A stretch of DNA of 64,000 nt from Promethearchaeia archaeon. Its GTDB lineage: Archaea; Asgardarchaeota; Lokiarchaeia; Sigyniarchaeales; SOKP01. The notes under the pieces are model-generated. The model was not told where the DNA came from and made no database searches. It was given only the letters and a program-made list of their open reading frames with translations. The stretch is taken from assembly GCA_029856155.1 (NCBI GenBank), contig JAHQWL010000055.1:64001-128000 (forward strand). The letters run 5' to 3'. The translations under genes were made by a program, and so were the position numbers. Positions 10,163 to 20,102 of this stretch are shown one piece after another. Positions within the stretch are counted from its first letter, which is position 1; every line of letters starts with the position of its first letter.

Positions 10163-10723
10163 CTATTTTCTTATCTTAGGTTTGAAGATGATTGATGGTT
10201 TTATTTTATCTAAGTATTTAAAACCTTCTGCTTCATGCGTTTTACCATATTTTTCTTGCAGTAAACTTAGCGGAGCTACATCAAGTGCGAACATAGGGCA
10301 GGATTCAACGCAAATAGTTTGTTTTCCTTTTTCAAGGCGTTCTATACAAAAATTACATTTTTCCATTTTTGAATTTTCTTCATTTTGAAACTGGGGAACA
10401 TCCCATGGGCAAGCTTTTAGGCATTTTGAGCCGCATTCTTTCTTTCCCAGACATTTTTCGGTTACCACATCTACAATTCCATCAGATTCCCTTTTAATTA
10501 TTGCTTTCGTTGGACAAGCTTTTAAACACGGAGGATCTGCACAGTGATGACATGAAGTAGATAAATAGGCTAAAAATAAGTTAGGAAATGTTCCATGTTC
10601 TATGATTTTTATTGCTCTCCAATTAACTCCCACCGGTAAGTCATTCCAATCTTTGCATGCAACTACGCATGTATAACAACCCGTGCACCTAGTTTGATCA
10701 AAATAGAATCCCATTTGTTTCAT
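10163..10723 (-). CDS. dmsB: DmsB-like 4Fe-4S electron transfer subunit
   Basis: MGFYFDQTRCTGCYTCVVACKDWN and four Cys clusters; overlaps the upstream catalytic subunit by 4 nt. Confidence 0.88.
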   Translation of the reverse strand: MKQMGFYFDQTRCTGCYTCVVACKDWNDLPVGVNWRAIKIIEHGTFPNLFLAYLSTSCHHCADPPCLKACPTKAIIKRESDGIVDVVTEKCLGKKECGSKCLKACPWDVPQFQNEENSKMEKCNFCIERLEKGKQTICVESCPMFALDVAPLSLLQEKYGKTHEAEGFKYLDKIKPSIIFKPKIRK

Positions 10724-13014
10724 AATTTCAACTCTTTTTCGTTAGAGGGTGATAATTCTATTTCTATAAGAGTGCTATTTAAAGGAAACGAACCTCCTGG
10801 AGAATAACCATCTTGTGTTAACACATTAGCGCATCCACCGAGATCTATACCTTCCTTATTTGGATTATACCATGCTCCCTGATAAACACATACAGCTCCT
10901 GGAATTATTCGCTCAGTGACTTTAGCAGGAATTCTTGTTCTACCTCGATCATTATAAATATCTATCAAATCTCGATTATTTATATTACGTTTTGAGGCAT
11001 CAATAGGATTTATCCAAGCATGATGTGGTTCTATCTCTTGTAACCATGGAATATTATGCAATGTTGAGTGAGTCCTTCTTTTATTATGAGGGGTAAGAAG
11101 TTGCAATGGAAATCTCTTCGCTTTAGGAGAATCATAATGTTCTTCATGGGTTAAATACTTAGGAATTGGAGGCATTAAGGGATTATTTTTCTCTGCTATA
11201 TGCTCACAATAAATTTCAATTTTACCGGATAATGTAGGAAAAGGATAATTATCTGGGTCTTCTATTTCCTCTTTAAAGGCAACAAAAGGCTCTTCTACTT
11301 TAACTTTATAATATCCATCTCTTTTCATTTTATTATAACTTTTAATATCTTTACGGGGAGCGCTTAATATTCTTAATATTTGGTCTTCTGGTAAATCTAA
11401 TAGACTCTTTTCGATGCTCAATTTCTTTGATAATTCTTTGCATATTTCTAAATCTGATTTTGATTCATATAAAGAATCTATTGCTTTGTTTAAATAAATA
11501 TAGTAAGGAGAACCAAGCCAAGGAACGGCAATGTCATTACGTTCCATGAACGTGTTTACGGGTAAAACAATATCTGCTAATTGAGCAGTAGGTGTCATAA
11601 ACTGTTCATAAACGACTATAAAGTCAAGGGATTTTAATGCCTTGACACCCTTATTTACATCACCATATTGATTTAAACGATTGGTTCCAGCAATATAAGC
11701 CATTTTAATGTCTGCGGGATAACCTCCTTTACGACCTTCCAATATAGCATTGTAATAATCATTCCAATGAATACGGGTACTAGCGGGATTAGTTCCTCCC
11801 TTTAATTTGTATAAACTATCTTCACGTGGAGGGACACCAAAATCAACTGGATTATCTTGAAGTCTTGGTTTTTTAGGTTTTTCATCTTCTGGCTTGATTG
11901 GTCCAGACTTTTTTTTCCCCCCTGTAACGATTCTTTCACGACTATAATATGCTCGCATAAAACCAGATGCATATCCTCCGTGTATTCCAATATTACCAGT
12001 TATTGCACATAGGATATTTGCTGCTCGTGAATATTGTTCACCAAACATTGTTCTGGCAGGACCCCATCCGGCAATAAGAGCAGCGGGTTTTCTTGTAGCA
12101 TATTCTCTAGCTAAATTTATTATTGTCTTAGATGGTACTTTGGTAATCTTTTCTGCCCATTCAGGAGTTTTCGGTTGTCTATCTTGAATTCCAAGAATAT
12201 ACTCTTTATATCTATCAAAACCAATAGTAAATTTTTCGATGAATGTTTGATTATGTAAATTTTCAGAGATAATCACATATGCCATAGCATTCAGCATAGC
12301 TGTATCCGTACCAGGACGAATAGGAATCCATTCATGAGCAAGAACCGCAGCAGAATCTGTAAATATAGGATCAACAGCTATAATTTTTATTCCCTTTTCT
12401 CGAGCTTTGGCTAACCATAAACTAGTGCCAGGATCCCAAATTGTATTTGCTGGATTCCATCCCCACATTATAATTAGCTTCGAGTTAAGTAAATCTTCTC
12501 GAGCATTACCTGTCATCATTGTTCCATAGGTAGCCATAGAGGCAAAAAGAGCACCTTCATAGGAAGGAGCACCCCACATTCTAGTATATCCTCCAATCTG
12601 ATGAAGCATTAAAGCATGAGGGGTTATACCATGAAGCATCCCTTGATTTCCTCCCCCAGGGACTAGCAAAATTGCTGAATTACCATAATCTTTTTTAATT
12701 TTTTTTATATTTGAAGCTACTTCATCCAAAGCTTCCTCCCAAGAGATTCTTTCAAAAATACCCTCACCTCTCTCACCAGCACGACGTAAAGGATATTTAA
12801 GTCTCTCATCTGAATAAACTCGTTGTCTATAGGCTCTGCCTCGTAAACAAGCTCTTAATTGTGGTTCTTCTTCATTATCCGTTTCAATTCTTATAATTTT
12901 TCCATCTTTTACGTGAGCTTTTAGAACACAACGACCACCACAATCATGACAGCATCCAGTATTAATTATTTCCACTTTGTTTTTTTCTTCTGCTATTTTA
13001 TTCCAACCATCCAT
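10720..13014 (-). CDS. dmsA: DmsA/YnfE-family molybdopterin oxidoreductase catalytic subunit, no Tat signal
   Basis: CCHDCGGRC...ACLRGR FS0 motif, RLKYPLRR, IRPGTD, TPHNKRRTHS, QGAWY. Family call only; substrate unknown. Confidence 0.8.
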   Translation of the reverse strand: MDGWNKIAEEKNKVEIINTGCCHDCGGRCVLKAHVKDGKIIRIETDNEEEPQLRACLRGRAYRQRVYSDERLKYPLRRAGERGEGIFERISWEEALDEVASNIKKIKKDYGNSAILLVPGGGNQGMLHGITPHALMLHQIGGYTRMWGAPSYEGALFASMATYGTMMTGNAREDLLNSKLIIMWGWNPANTIWDPGTSLWLAKAREKGIKIIAVDPIFTDSAAVLAHEWIPIRPGTDTAMLNAMAYVIISENLHNQTFIEKFTIGFDRYKEYILGIQDRQPKTPEWAEKITKVPSKTIINLAREYATRKPAALIAGWGPARTMFGEQYSRAANILCAITGNIGIHGGYASGFMRAYYSRERIVTGGKKKSGPIKPEDEKPKKPRLQDNPVDFGVPPREDSLYKLKGGTNPASTRIHWNDYYNAILEGRKGGYPADIKMAYIAGTNRLNQYGDVNKGVKALKSLDFIVVYEQFMTPTAQLADIVLPVNTFMERNDIAVPWLGSPYYIYLNKAIDSLYESKSDLEICKELSKKLSIEKSLLDLPEDQILRILSAPRKDIKSYNKMKRDGYYKVKVEEPFVAFKEEIEDPDNYPFPTLSGKIEIYCEHIAEKNNPLMPPIPKYLTHEEHYDSPKAKRFPLQLLTPHNKRRTHSTLHNIPWLQEIEPHHAWINPIDASKRNINNRDLIDIYNDRGRTRIPAKVTERIIPGAVCVYQGAWYNPNKEGIDLGGCANVLTQDGYSPGGSFPLNSTLIEIELSPSNEKELKL

Positions 13015-13325
13015 ATTATTTTACACCTAACTTAACTAGAAAAATAAACGATGTTTAAATACTTTTCATGAAATGGATTAATGATAGTTTGATCACTATT
13101 TTATCTATACTTGAGAGAGAAAATCGAGAAGATCATAGATTATAAATAACTTCACACATTCTCAACAGGAATCTCTTCTCGTCTCTCTCTATTCTATGAA
13201 ATGTTTTATATTATTATTTTAATTTTATTGGTTAGTCAGGATGTGAATAATAAAACCTTAAAAATATATATGAATTTTTTAAATAGGGTTATTATATTAC
13301 ACTTAAATTAGCTATTTGATATTTT

Positions 13326-15527
13326 ATGACTATATTTAATACAATTCCAGATAAGCTTCCTGCATGGTATTTAAATGATTTAAAAAAAGAAAAATATGAT
13401 GACGTTATTCTTTTTGCTTTAGCTGTTTTTGGATCTCATAGTTTAGAAGAACTTGTGAATGATCCAAGCAAATCTATTAATAATCGAATGGAAGAGAAAT
13501 TATTTCATAAATGGGCAGAGAAATTAATAGATGATAATTATATTGAGAAATATGAGAAGTTTGAAAAGACATATTATAAAATAAGGTCCAAGGGTAAAGA
13601 TAGGGTTATGAAACTTACAAATAATCCGATTGTAAAACAAGTTATAAAAGGTTTTAATGAATTAATAGGAATTTCTCCAGTCAATCAAGAAATACAATCT
13701 AAATCTCTTTTTGATTATAAAATTTCCTATCAAGATTATATTTTTGGTCTATTATCAATAATCTGGCGTATTACTCACATCATTAATGCTGGAGCTGCTC
13801 GGAATAAAATAAAACCTGAGTTGAAAATTTCTCTTGGCAAATCTTTAGAAGAGAATGCTATTAATTTTGCAAACAATGTAGCAATTCAGTATGAAGACAT
13901 TCAATATACTTATAAAGAAATGAATGAAAGGATAAACCAATATGCTAACTTCTTCCTATCCTTGGGTTTAAAAAAAGGAGATATAATGAATGTTTTTTTA
14001 GAAAACAGACCTGAATTGCTGTTTATAATAGGAGCAATGTCTAAAATTGGTACCATTGCTTCATTAATTAATACCCGTCAACGATCTGCTACACTTTCTC
14101 ATAGTCTACGATTAAATCCTGTTAAGCTTTATATTATTGGAGAAGAACTGTATGAAGCATTTGAAGAAGTAAAACCAAATTTAGGATTATCTAATGAAGA
14201 ACAGTTATTTTTCTTACCAGATAAGAATCAAATGGAACTCCCTAATGGGTATATTGATCTAGCAGAGGAAGTAAAAGATCTAGATATTAAAAATCCTCCC
14301 ACCACAACAGAAATGATAGGAAACGATACTTATGCTTATATTTTTACCTCTGGGACAAGTGGTCTTCCAAAAGCAGCCCCCATGAAGAACATTCATATGA
14401 TCAGTGCTATGAATGGATGGGGAATTGTTGCTATGCATATGCAGCCTGAAGATGTTGTTTATATTTCCCTTCCATTATTTCATAGTAATGCTATTCATAT
14501 TGGATGGGCTTCAGCTCTCGCAGGCGGTTCGACAATAGCGCTAGCACGTAGATTTAGTGTTAAAAATTTCTGGAAAGATGTTATAAAATACAAGGTGACT
14601 TGTTTCAATTATATTGGAGAAATCTGTCGTTATCTTTATAATCAACCACCAAGTCCAGAGGAAAGAAATCATAGAGTATATAAGATCTGTGGGAATGGTC
14701 TTAGACCAGAAATATGGAAAGAATTTAAAGAAAGATTTGGTATAAGAGAAGTTTATGAACACTATGGAATGACTGAAATGAATAGTATGTTCTGTAATTA
14801 TTTTAATTTAGATTGTACAGTAGGATTTAATTTTTCTCAATATTCTATAGTTAAATATGATGTTGTAAATAATGAACCAATTAAAAGTGATAATGGTTTC
14901 CTTCAAGAAGTTAATGAGGGTGAAGTAGGTTTAGTATTAATGAAAATGGGGGATGAATATATTTTTACTGGTTATAGTTCTAAAGATGAGACAGAGAAAA
15001 AATTAACTCGTGATGCATTTGAAATAGGAGATTTATGGTACAACACAGGAGATATGCTTAGAAATATTGGTTATAAACATGCCCAATTTGTTGATAGACT
15101 TGGAGATACATTCCGTTGGAAAGGTGAAAATGTATCCACATCAGAAATTGAAGATATAGTTGTATCTTTTCAACAAGTTGAACACGCTTCTGTTTATGGG
15201 GTTGAAATTCCAGGAACTGAAGGACGTGCAGGTATGGTGTCGATAATGGCAACATTAGATCATAAAGAATTTAATTTTGATAGCTTTCTAATAACTTTAA
15301 AAGAAAACTTACCACCATATGCTATTCCTAAATTTGTACGATTTTTAGCGGAATTATCCACAACAAGTACTTATAAGATTCAAAAATTTGATATGAAAAA
15401 AGTTGGATTTGATATTAATAAAACGAGTGATCCAGTTTATGTACTATTACCGGAAAATCCAAATTATACACTTTTAACACAAGAGATATACAAAAATATA
15501 CTAAATTTAAAATATCGTAAATTTTGA
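13326..15527 (+). CDS. FATP/FadD6-type long-chain acyl-CoA synthetase with N-terminal winged-helix domain (copy 1)
   Basis: YIFTSGTSGLPKAA, YIGEICRYL, GNGLRP and DRLGDTFRWKGENVST (FATP signature); ~100-aa wHTH-like N-terminus. Confidence 0.92.
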   Translation: MTIFNTIPDKLPAWYLNDLKKEKYDDVILFALAVFGSHSLEELVNDPSKSINNRMEEKLFHKWAEKLIDDNYIEKYEKFEKTYYKIRSKGKDRVMKLTNNPIVKQVIKGFNELIGISPVNQEIQSKSLFDYKISYQDYIFGLLSIIWRITHIINAGAARNKIKPELKISLGKSLEENAINFANNVAIQYEDIQYTYKEMNERINQYANFFLSLGLKKGDIMNVFLENRPELLFIIGAMSKIGTIASLINTRQRSATLSHSLRLNPVKLYIIGEELYEAFEEVKPNLGLSNEEQLFFLPDKNQMELPNGYIDLAEEVKDLDIKNPPTTTEMIGNDTYAYIFTSGTSGLPKAAPMKNIHMISAMNGWGIVAMHMQPEDVVYISLPLFHSNAIHIGWASALAGGSTIALARRFSVKNFWKDVIKYKVTCFNYIGEICRYLYNQPPSPEERNHRVYKICGNGLRPEIWKEFKERFGIREVYEHYGMTEMNSMFCNYFNLDCTVGFNFSQYSIVKYDVVNNEPIKSDNGFLQEVNEGEVGLVLMKMGDEYIFTGYSSKDETEKKLTRDAFEIGDLWYNTGDMLRNIGYKHAQFVDRLGDTFRWKGENVSTSEIEDIVVSFQQVEHASVYGVEIPGTEGRAGMVSIMATLDHKEFNFDSFLITLKENLPPYAIPKFVRFLAELSTTSTYKIQKFDMKKVGFDINKTSDPVYVLLPENPNYTLLTQEIYKNILNLKYRKF

Positions 15528-15530
15528 TTC

Positions 15531-15602
15531 GAAATTGAATCATAAATTTAAAATTAGAATATTACTTTCCATTATATAAGTTAAATGTACATATATAATT
15601 TA
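15531..15602 (+). promoter_or_regulatory. 72-bp upstream module, copy 1
   Basis: 64/72 identical, ungapped, to 37387..37458; ends 14 nt before the TTG start at 15617. Confidence 0.75.
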
Positions 15603-15616
15603 AGTAGGAAATTACC

Positions 15617-18436
15617 TTGACTTCAAAATATATACTCCCAATTGATGCTAAAGATGTCTCATTGGAAATGATTGGTGGTAAAGGAAAGTCGCTAGCAAGG
15701 ATGGCATCTGCAGGAATGACGGTTCCTGATGGTTTTTACCTAACTACGTCCGCTTATAAGGATTTTGTAGAAGAAAATAACTTACAGGAAACAATCATTA
15801 ATCTAGCAAAGCCCGAAATCATCGGTAAGACAGTATCATTCGAATCAGCATCAAAGCGTATTCAAGAGCTGATAAAGGCAGCAGAGCTGTCAAGTGAGAT
15901 TATTACTGAAATCCATCAAGCCTACAGTGCACTGAATGGACAGAATCCAGCAGTAGCTGTGCGTTCTTCTGCCAATGCTGAAGACCTACCTGATTTATCT
16001 TTTGCAGGACAACAGGATACTTATTTGAATGTTCGTGGTGATGATGCACTGATAATGGCAATACGAGATTGTTGGGCCTCTCTTTGGACTCCAAGAGCGA
16101 TCAGTTATAGGCACCAAATGGGAATTCAACAGGAAGTGGTCGTCATGGCTGTCGTGGTCCAACTTATGGTACCATCAGATGTATCGGGGATACTTTTTAC
16201 TGCTAATCCAGTGACTGGAGAAAGATCAGAGTTTATTATCAATTCAAGCTTTGGTTTAGGCGAAGCAGTAGTTGGAGGGCAAGTAACACCAGACACTTAT
16301 GTGGTAGATCGGAGCTCTCTCACTGTGAAAGAGAGTATGATCGGTTCAAAAACGCAGAAAATTATTTCCAGCGATGAGCAAGGAACATTATTGCAAGATG
16401 TCTCTGAAAAAGAGCGCAACCAGTCATCTTTATCAGAAAAATTACTCAAGAAACTGAGTTCAGTTGCACTTAGTGTAGAACAAATTTTCGAGGGACTTCC
16501 TCAAGATATCGAATGGGCAATATCTGATGAAAAACTATGGATGTTACAATCCCGTCCTATCACTAATCTTCCCCCGCAACCTTTAGAAGTTGCTTGGGAA
16601 CCAACACCCCCAGCACGGATTCTCGCCCGGCGTCAGATCATAGAAAATATCCCTGATCCATGTTCCCCATTGTTCGATGAGCTGTATCTAACTGAAGGCT
16701 TGGAAACGGTTGCAAAAGGTGTGAAGCGTAAAAGCTTTTTTGTAGGAGGTGGTCCCATGTTTGTAACAGTAAATGGTTTTGCTTATCAACGGTTTGACTT
16801 CCCACAAGTTGTAACTATTCAGGATGAAATAGATAATGCTGTAACAGAAGAAGAAAAGGAAGAAAAAATTGCAAGGATTTGGCAAGAATGGGATGATTCA
16901 TTCGCGCAAATGATAAAAAAAGTTAATCCCAAGATGGAACAGCATGACTTAGATTTGTTCTTGGAAGAGCTATCACCTGAGGATTTAAAAGCATTCAAAG
17001 CATGGGCCGAAAAAACAGATATTAAAGACATTGCTCATGCGGTGACCATGCCCGAAAGTAAATATCCAGCTTATGTCGCTGGCAACAAAACCGAAGCTAA
17101 TGAGAAACAAATTAAAGAATGGAAAGAAAGAGCAATGCCTGAGCTTCTAGCAACGGTAGAAGAATGGGAAAAGATTGATTATAAAACAGCACCAGATGAG
17201 GAGTTATTGAGAGGAATTCGCGAATTAGCCCACGCTGGAGGAATGTACTGGTCCAGCAACGCAAGTCATAGCTTTGGCATTGCGAAAGCAACTGACGACC
17301 AGTTACAAGCATTTCTTCGAGAAAACCTACCAGATCATAATTTCACCAGTGGACACTTCCTAAGTGGTTTTAAATCGAAAACCTTAGAAGCCAATGAACA
17401 TATGTATAAGATCGCAAAACAGATCCAGGAAAACAAAGTGCTCTATGAATTGGTAGTTACGACACCTCCCAAACAATTGATGAATGCTCTTAAAATCCAT
17501 ACAGACGGCGGTCCAGTGGTAAAAGCCATTGAGGAGTATCTCAATATTTATGGTCACTTGGGTTACAGCCTGGACTTTATTGAACCACTTCCAATTGAAG
17601 ATCCTTCAGGGCTTTTTAGCACCTTGAAAACTATGATAACTGCCAAGGATTATAATCCAAAAAAGCATGAAATTGACGCTGCTAAGAAGCGAGAACAAGC
17701 GTTACAGAAAATAGATCAACTTCTGGATGGATTGCAGTATTGGCAGTTTCGTTATCGTAATTGGTTCACCCATCGTTTTTACTTCATTCGCGAGGATGTT
17801 ATGTTTTATCTAACCAGTGGTTGGCCAATTCTTCGGATTTTAGCTCTGGAACTCGGACAGCGACTTGTAGATATTGGTACATTCAATGTTCCGGATGATA
17901 TTTTTTATCTTGTTAAAGAAGAATTGACCAAAGCCATCAACGCACGTAAAGAGAACAAAGCGATACCAGAATATAAGCAATTAACCTTGGAACGCCGAGA
18001 ATTGAGAGAAGCACGCAAACGATTACATCCCCCAGGAACTATTCCAGAAGTCGCCAGCAATAATCCAGGTGTCGCGTTCAAAGAGACACAGGTTAAGAAT
18101 GATCCAAATAGTGATATCCTGAGAGGTATTCCGGTTAGTCCTGGAACAGTTACTAGCCCAGCTAGTCTAATTAAATCACCAGCAGAATTCGATAAAATGC
18201 AACCTGATTCAATTTTAGTTTGCCCTATGACCAATCCCGCATGGACACCGCTATTTGCTCATGCGAATGGATTAGTAACAGACATGGGCGGTATTTTGGG
18301 GCATGGATCCATCGTTGCGAGGGAATACGGCATACCTGCCGTTGTGGGGACTGGTACTATCACCCAACGCACTAAACATGGGCAAAGGATCAAAGTTGAT
18401 GGTGATACCGGAATTGTTGAGTTAATTCAAGAATGA
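15617..18436 (+). CDS. Rifampin-phosphotransferase-like small-molecule dikinase (ATP-grasp, substrate domain, C-terminal swivel phospho-His domain)
   Basis: GGKGKSL, VAVRSSANAED..SFAGQQDT, DIEWA..LQSRPIT, and a terminal GGILGHGSIVAREYGIPAVVG. No C-terminal PEP-binding barrel. Confidence 0.85.
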   Translation: MTSKYILPIDAKDVSLEMIGGKGKSLARMASAGMTVPDGFYLTTSAYKDFVEENNLQETIINLAKPEIIGKTVSFESASKRIQELIKAAELSSEIITEIHQAYSALNGQNPAVAVRSSANAEDLPDLSFAGQQDTYLNVRGDDALIMAIRDCWASLWTPRAISYRHQMGIQQEVVVMAVVVQLMVPSDVSGILFTANPVTGERSEFIINSSFGLGEAVVGGQVTPDTYVVDRSSLTVKESMIGSKTQKIISSDEQGTLLQDVSEKERNQSSLSEKLLKKLSSVALSVEQIFEGLPQDIEWAISDEKLWMLQSRPITNLPPQPLEVAWEPTPPARILARRQIIENIPDPCSPLFDELYLTEGLETVAKGVKRKSFFVGGGPMFVTVNGFAYQRFDFPQVVTIQDEIDNAVTEEEKEEKIARIWQEWDDSFAQMIKKVNPKMEQHDLDLFLEELSPEDLKAFKAWAEKTDIKDIAHAVTMPESKYPAYVAGNKTEANEKQIKEWKERAMPELLATVEEWEKIDYKTAPDEELLRGIRELAHAGGMYWSSNASHSFGIAKATDDQLQAFLRENLPDHNFTSGHFLSGFKSKTLEANEHMYKIAKQIQENKVLYELVVTTPPKQLMNALKIHTDGGPVVKAIEEYLNIYGHLGYSLDFIEPLPIEDPSGLFSTLKTMITAKDYNPKKHEIDAAKKREQALQKIDQLLDGLQYWQFRYRNWFTHRFYFIREDVMFYLTSGWPILRILALELGQRLVDIGTFNVPDDIFYLVKEELTKAINARKENKAIPEYKQLTLERRELREARKRLHPPGTIPEVASNNPGVAFKETQVKNDPNSDILRGIPVSPGTVTSPASLIKSPAEFDKMQPDSILVCPMTNPAWTPLFAHANGLVTDMGGILGHGSIVAREYGIPAVVGTGTITQRTKHGQRIKVDGDTGIVELIQE

Positions 18437-18630
18437 TCCAAATTTTGAGGGAAGGGGCAGCACATCGTATTATTGGATATGTTCCTCCAGATGCTCAAGC
18501 AATAAGCGGATTTATTTTTTCAGGTTCTGTTTGAAAAGCCCAATTGAGCGCAAATTCGAGGATCTCGAATCGACTTCTCTGTTAAGTTCAGAAACCGATT
18601 TAAATGAGTAACAATAATGTTTATTTATAA

Positions 18631-18649
18631 TAAATGTACATATATAATT
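18631..18649 (+). promoter_or_regulatory. 19-bp motif TAAATGTACATATATAATT, identical to 15582..15600
   Basis: Exact match to the 3' part of the 72-bp module; 30 nt upstream of the ATG at 18680. Confidence 0.6.
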
Positions 18650-18679
18650 AAAATTCAAAAATGAAAAATTGATCTATTC

Positions 18680-19957
18680 ATGAGAAATAAAATAAAAAAG
18701 CTATTAACTGGGATTATTGTAGTATCTTTAGTTGCTTCATTTTCTATAGCAAATCTATCAATACAAGGAATCAGCACCAATTCTGACGATTTTTCATCTT
18801 CCGTCTCTACCTCATCAACTCAAGATACTTTCTGGCCTGGAAATGCAAGTGAATGGACAGAAGTAGCTCCTGAAACCCAGGGATTAAATTCCAGTAAGAT
18901 CGATGAGATGTTTGAGTTTATTAAAGATAATAGCCAGGATGTTCATAGTATTATTGTGGTACGCAATGGATATCTGCTTGTCTACGAATATTTACATCAT
19001 TTCGAGATATATCGTTATATCGATGGCACTAAAACGTATTTTGGCGGAGACAATCTCCATGGTCAATATTCTGCTACTAAAAGCGTAATTAGCATATTGA
19101 TTGGAATAGCTCTCCAAGAAGGGTTCTTAAACAATGTAAATCAAACATTATATGAATTCTTTGCCCACAGGTGGAGTCCCAGTTTTATTAATAGTACGCT
19201 TAAGAAGAATATCACAATAGAACACTTATTAACAATGAATTCCGGAATAACTGATCCTCCTGATCATGATCATGCAACTGAAGATGATGTTATTACATTT
19301 GCACTAGATAAGGCTCCTTTAACATTTACTCCTGGAGAAGAGGGAGAATTTGAATATACCAACAATGGAGTTGATCTCTTATCAGGTATAATCGCCAATG
19401 TATCAGGAACGAGTACTGAAGAATTCGCAAAACAATATTTGTTTGAGCCGCTAGGAATTTCAGAAGACGAATACTATTGGTTGAATGATTCTATAGGTAT
19501 GGACTATGGTGGATCTGGAATAGAATGCACGCCTAAAGTACAAGCGAAAATTGGAATGCTTGCTCTGAACAATGGCACGTGGAACGGAGAACAAATAGTA
19601 GATAAAGATTATATGAAAGACGCAACAACAAATCAGACTAGTGAGGGAAAATGGGCAGATTATGGGTATTTATGGTGGATGATGCCTCCTAATTTCACTT
19701 ATGGGGGATATTTAGCAGCAGGGGCTATGGGACAGTGTATCTATGTTATACCAGAATACAATATTGTGGTTGGTTTTACGGGGTATGATGTAGAAAACTA
19801 TGAGCAAATAATTCAAGATTATATCCTTCAATTTGTTGAAATTCCTGAAACGGGACCAAATAGTCCAAGAATACCCGGATTTGATTTCAATACGATAATT
19901 CTTATGATTTTTTGCGCTTCTGTTGTATTATTAATTAGGAGGAAAAAAAAAATCTAA
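18680..19957 (+). CDS. Exported beta-lactamase/AmpC-family serine hydrolase with C-terminal IPGF-TM-basic anchor (copy 1)
   Basis: Signal peptide, SATK (SxxK), LLTMNSG, YTN (YxN), tail IPGFDF-hydrophobic-RRKKKI. Confidence 0.88.
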   Translation: MRNKIKKLLTGIIVVSLVASFSIANLSIQGISTNSDDFSSSVSTSSTQDTFWPGNASEWTEVAPETQGLNSSKIDEMFEFIKDNSQDVHSIIVVRNGYLLVYEYLHHFEIYRYIDGTKTYFGGDNLHGQYSATKSVISILIGIALQEGFLNNVNQTLYEFFAHRWSPSFINSTLKKNITIEHLLTMNSGITDPPDHDHATEDDVITFALDKAPLTFTPGEEGEFEYTNNGVDLLSGIIANVSGTSTEEFAKQYLFEPLGISEDEYYWLNDSIGMDYGGSGIECTPKVQAKIGMLALNNGTWNGEQIVDKDYMKDATTNQTSEGKWADYGYLWWMMPPNFTYGGYLAAGAMGQCIYVIPEYNIVVGFTGYDVENYEQIIQDYILQFVEIPETGPNSPRIPGFDFNTIILMIFCASVVLLIRRKKKI

Positions 19958-20102
19958 GAAATTATATATTCACAATATTGTAAAAAGAAAGATTATAAAT
20001 GAACACCATATATTAAACAAACTTTAAATAGTGCTATTACTAAATATTTTCAATTACAATATTTTTGTTTGTAAATTAATTTAATCAAAAAATTGAACAG
20101 AA

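Noticed and set aside
18437-18600. Integron attC site or gene remnant after the dikinase
   Set aside because: No convincing RYYYAAC...GTTRRRY pairing, and the short open frame (REGAAHRIIGYVPPDAQ...) matches nothing I recognise
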